A DNA stretch of 13,315 nt from Azolla caroliniana. Lineage: Eukaryota; Plantae; Polypodiophyta. Location: contig JBHGNT010000964.1 in the NCBI GenBank assembly GCA_043228905.1, positions 1 to 13,315 on the forward strand, given 5' to 3'. Positions 10,056 through 13,315 of this stretch are shown here, in pieces. Both the position numbers and the translations under genes were made by a program. Under the pieces are notes generated by a model. The model worked only from the letters and a program-made list of their open reading frames with translations. It had not been told where the DNA came from and made no database searches. The number at the start of each line of letters is the position of its first letter. Within the stretch, counting starts at the first letter, position 1.

Positions 10056-10360
10056 CAATGTTGCCTTTTGACGGCCGTTTTGAACGTTTTTGGCAAATTT
10101 AACCGTATATGAAGGTTAATTTAAAAATGAAACCGTCAATCTTGACGGGCATATGTTTTATGAAAACGTAAAAATGAAGGCTTAAAATTTCCTAATACCG
10201 TCAAATTTTACTAAGACCAATACAATAGTATTATAGTCCTAGGTAGTAGGAACAAATTGTTCAAGTTGCATTGGGAGTGTATGAATTTGAAAGACTCACA
10301 TATGTGTGTAACGAAAAGGTAAAAAAACTAATAGAGTCTAGACTCTAAATTATGAATCTT

Positions 10361-10467
10361 TTCTTCCCAATTCCCCCGCCTCGTTTCCCCATCTAAAACC
10401 TTCCTTTCCCTTTCCCCCCCCTTTCCCCCATTTTCCCCCATCTCCCCCCATTTCTCCCCTTTTCCCC
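10361..10467. repeat. Polypyrimidine (TTTCCCCCA-like) tract with G-quadruplex potential on the minus strand
   Basis: Seven C-runs of 3-8 nt between 10408 and 10467 separated by 3-5 nt spacers, with more upstream. Confidence 0.8.
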
Positions 10468-10636
10468 TGTTTCTTCTTTGCTCCCTCAGCCCTGCACCTT
10501 GCTGGAAGCTCGCAACTCAGTGCTCACTAATAACTATCCCTACTCGAAGCTTGTTGCTCGTTTCCTGCTACAGTCTACTCATAGATTCAGGCTTTCAACA
10601 ACACCTGCAGCAGTCCTACTCACCCATCTAAGGTAG

Positions 10637-10652
10637 CTCTCTCTCTCTCTCT
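10637..10652. repeat. (CT)8 microsatellite
   Basis: ctctctctctctctct. Confidence 0.85.
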
Positions 10653-10805
10653 GGAATGCAAAGAACACTAGTAATTGAATATTTAGAAAAACTAACAGGA
10701 TACATTTAGTCCGCAAGAAAAACCAGACACAAAAAACTCTAATTTCATGCATGCAACCTACACCATCATAGAAAGTCCAAACCCTAAATATGAACCTTAT
10801 GCCTT

Positions 10806-11267
<462 letters not shown>

Positions 11268-12047
11268 CTACAATCGAAGCTCAAAGGAGTAGTAAATTGC
11301 CACGGTCCTCACCCATTGATGCATCGAGACATTCATCAACATGCATCTTGTATAATATATGTATATGTGTATGTCCATACATCATCATCTAAGTGTAGGT
11401 TAGGTTGATAGATAGATATCTATGCATATATTTCGAGGTGTCACATATACGTATGTGCACATAGAATCGTGTATGGAGTGGCGGATGCATCGGCGAGGCT
11501 AGTTAATAATAATAAAATCATGTTTCATCATGTTAGTTCATGTTGCCAGTTGATGTTAACATGTTAACATGTCACGAACTCCTCTAGGACCAAAGCAAAA
11601 ACTCTATAGGATATGGCTTGCATATCTAACTTTATTGTATAGTGTTAAATACCAAACCAATTAATCTTTGGACTTATCCTTGCATTTATGGCATCATTGT
11701 CTCGTACATGTTTTACTGGAAAAACATGCTACGTAGTAACATTATGTTGTTGTGTGTATAGGTTGGCATTCTGCATCTAGACGAAGTCCAACTTACCCTA
11801 TATATTTCCCTCTACGAAAATTTACAATGGCTTTTACTAGATATACCACCAAATTCTTTTACTAGTCCATCAAAACTAGTATTGCTCTCCTCTTTAAGGG
11901 CAAAAGTTTGGGAATTATATTCATGTAAAATCTCATTGCTCAATAGGTCAGAACTAATATGCATGGGTTTAATGATGCTAGTGATTGTTTTGAACTGATG
12001 GCATGATCTTTTCTTACATGACCCATTTCTTCTTGTTCAGAATAATT

Positions 12048-13315
12048 ATGGCTCCCAATAGAAAAAATCAACGAACCATTAGTGTGATGTTTGCATGGAA
12101 ACCACCCAACGATACCAATGACATAAATATAAACAATGATTTAAATGAGGATATGGATATGTTTGGGACTGATTTAGAGAGTTTAACTCGAGAGAGTTGT
12201 TCCTCTAATATAACTAAAGAAAAGCCTAAGAGAAAATTCCGTGAAGCATGGAGGGATAAATTCCCATGGATAAGATGCATTATGCAAGGAGACAAAACAT
12301 TAATGAAATGTGCATGGTGTGAGAAATACGCTAGTCCTGGGCCTTGGGGTCTTGGTTCTGGATGCATTACTTTGCAACTTGATGCAATTTTGACCCATGT
12401 TAACACAAGTGGTCATAAATTATGTGCATCAAAGTGGATATGTGATGTTGAAGGGAAAGCAATGTCCATCCCAAAGCATGTATCACAATTGGATGATATT
12501 AACAAAAATAAGGTCATAACAACAATGAAACTCATGTACTTTATTGCAAAAAAAGATTTGTCTATTGCTACATACTAAGAATTATGTGATTTGGCTGTGC
12601 TACTAGAGGTGCCTAATATGCCTAAGCAACATGATTATATATCTTATACTAGTAGATATGGGGGATATGAATTTTTGGTTGCGTTCGGGAAATATCTTTT
12701 AGAAGTTCAAAGCTCAAACCTAATAAATTCCCCATACTACTCTTTGATGCTAGATGAAAGTACTGACAATGGATTAGAGTTGCATCTCATTATGTATGTT
12801 ACATACTTGCAATGTGGTGGTTGTGGGCCTAAGCAAACTGAATATATGGGTTTGCTGAAAATTCCCAATGGTAAAGGTAGAACTATATATAAACATGTTA
12901 AGCATCTATTAGGCGATCGATGCCTCAACATGAACAAGTTGATTGGATTGGCAACTGATGGTGCGTCATCAATGATTGGTAGTGAAATTGGAACAGTAAC
13001 ATTAATGAAAAATGATATCCCAAATTTGGTTGGTGTACATTGTATTGCTCATAGAGAAGCATTGGTTATTTCAGATGTATCTAAAGATATCCCTGAGCTC
13101 ATTCTTGTAGAAAAAATTGCAAATAAGGTATATGCATGGGCTAACAATAGTACCAAAAGGACACATGAAATTTTAGAGCTCTTGGAACAAATGCAATTGG
13201 ATGCTCATAGACCATTACAAATTCATAATATTCGTTGGTTGTCACGTGGTCAAGTCATGGAAAGACTAGTGAGTATAATGCCTGCAATACTTACTATTTG
13301 GAAGAAAGAGAGCTT
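12048..13315 (+). pseudogene. hAT transposase (ZNF862/ZMYM1-like, TTF-type zinc finger plus DDE core) with one in-frame stop, 3'-partial
   Basis: N-terminal FREAWRDKFPW...CAWC...HVNTSGH zinc finger. After TAA at 12576-12578 the same frame stays open to the window end with YSLMLDESTD, LATDGASSMIG, HCIAHREAL (CxxH) and IRWLSR motifs. ATG 12048 follows an acceptor-like ttcttcttgttcag (12040). Confidence 0.92.

Noticed and set aside
11481-11503. Helitron-like 3' end (gcggatgcatcggc...CTAG|T) upstream of the UBQ gene
   Set aside because: The stem is short with a mismatch, lies only 4 nt from CTAG, and no convincing A|TC 5' end was found. Kept only as a weak alternative capture mechanism.
12003-12047. 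ATG 12003 as the transposase start
   Set aside because: This stretch looks like an intron 3' end (pyrimidine tract plus CAG at 12040). ATG 12048 has better context (attATGG).

Overview
Eukaryotic, land-plant genomic DNA (AT-rich, spliceosomal GT-AG introns). On the minus strand, 5357 to below 420, is an LRR receptor-like kinase. I could reconstruct 16 exons in frame (529 codons): signal peptide, LRR N-cap, about 10 LRRs mostly one per exon, a Cys-containing cap, a TM helix and the N-terminal part of an LRR-VIII-1-like kinase. The gene runs off the left edge. The middle (5.4-9.7 kb) is intergenic or repeat-derived, with a decayed unidentified ORF, tandem repeats, a telobox cluster and a probable LINE zinc-finger relic. 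At 9722-10055 is a degraded second copy of the RLK kinase-region exons and introns. It stops abruptly where a probable hAT transposon left end begins (about 10056; TTGACGG subterminal motifs). Between that end and the hAT transposase (12048 to the right edge, one in-frame stop) lies a near-complete ubiquitin-S27a (eS31) fusion gene in antisense. It has three substitutions in ubiquitin and a probable premature stop. The most notable system is therefore a candidate hAT element carrying a host ubiquitin-ribosomal gene, inserted into a tandem RLK paralog. All of this was read by eye and no searches were run.
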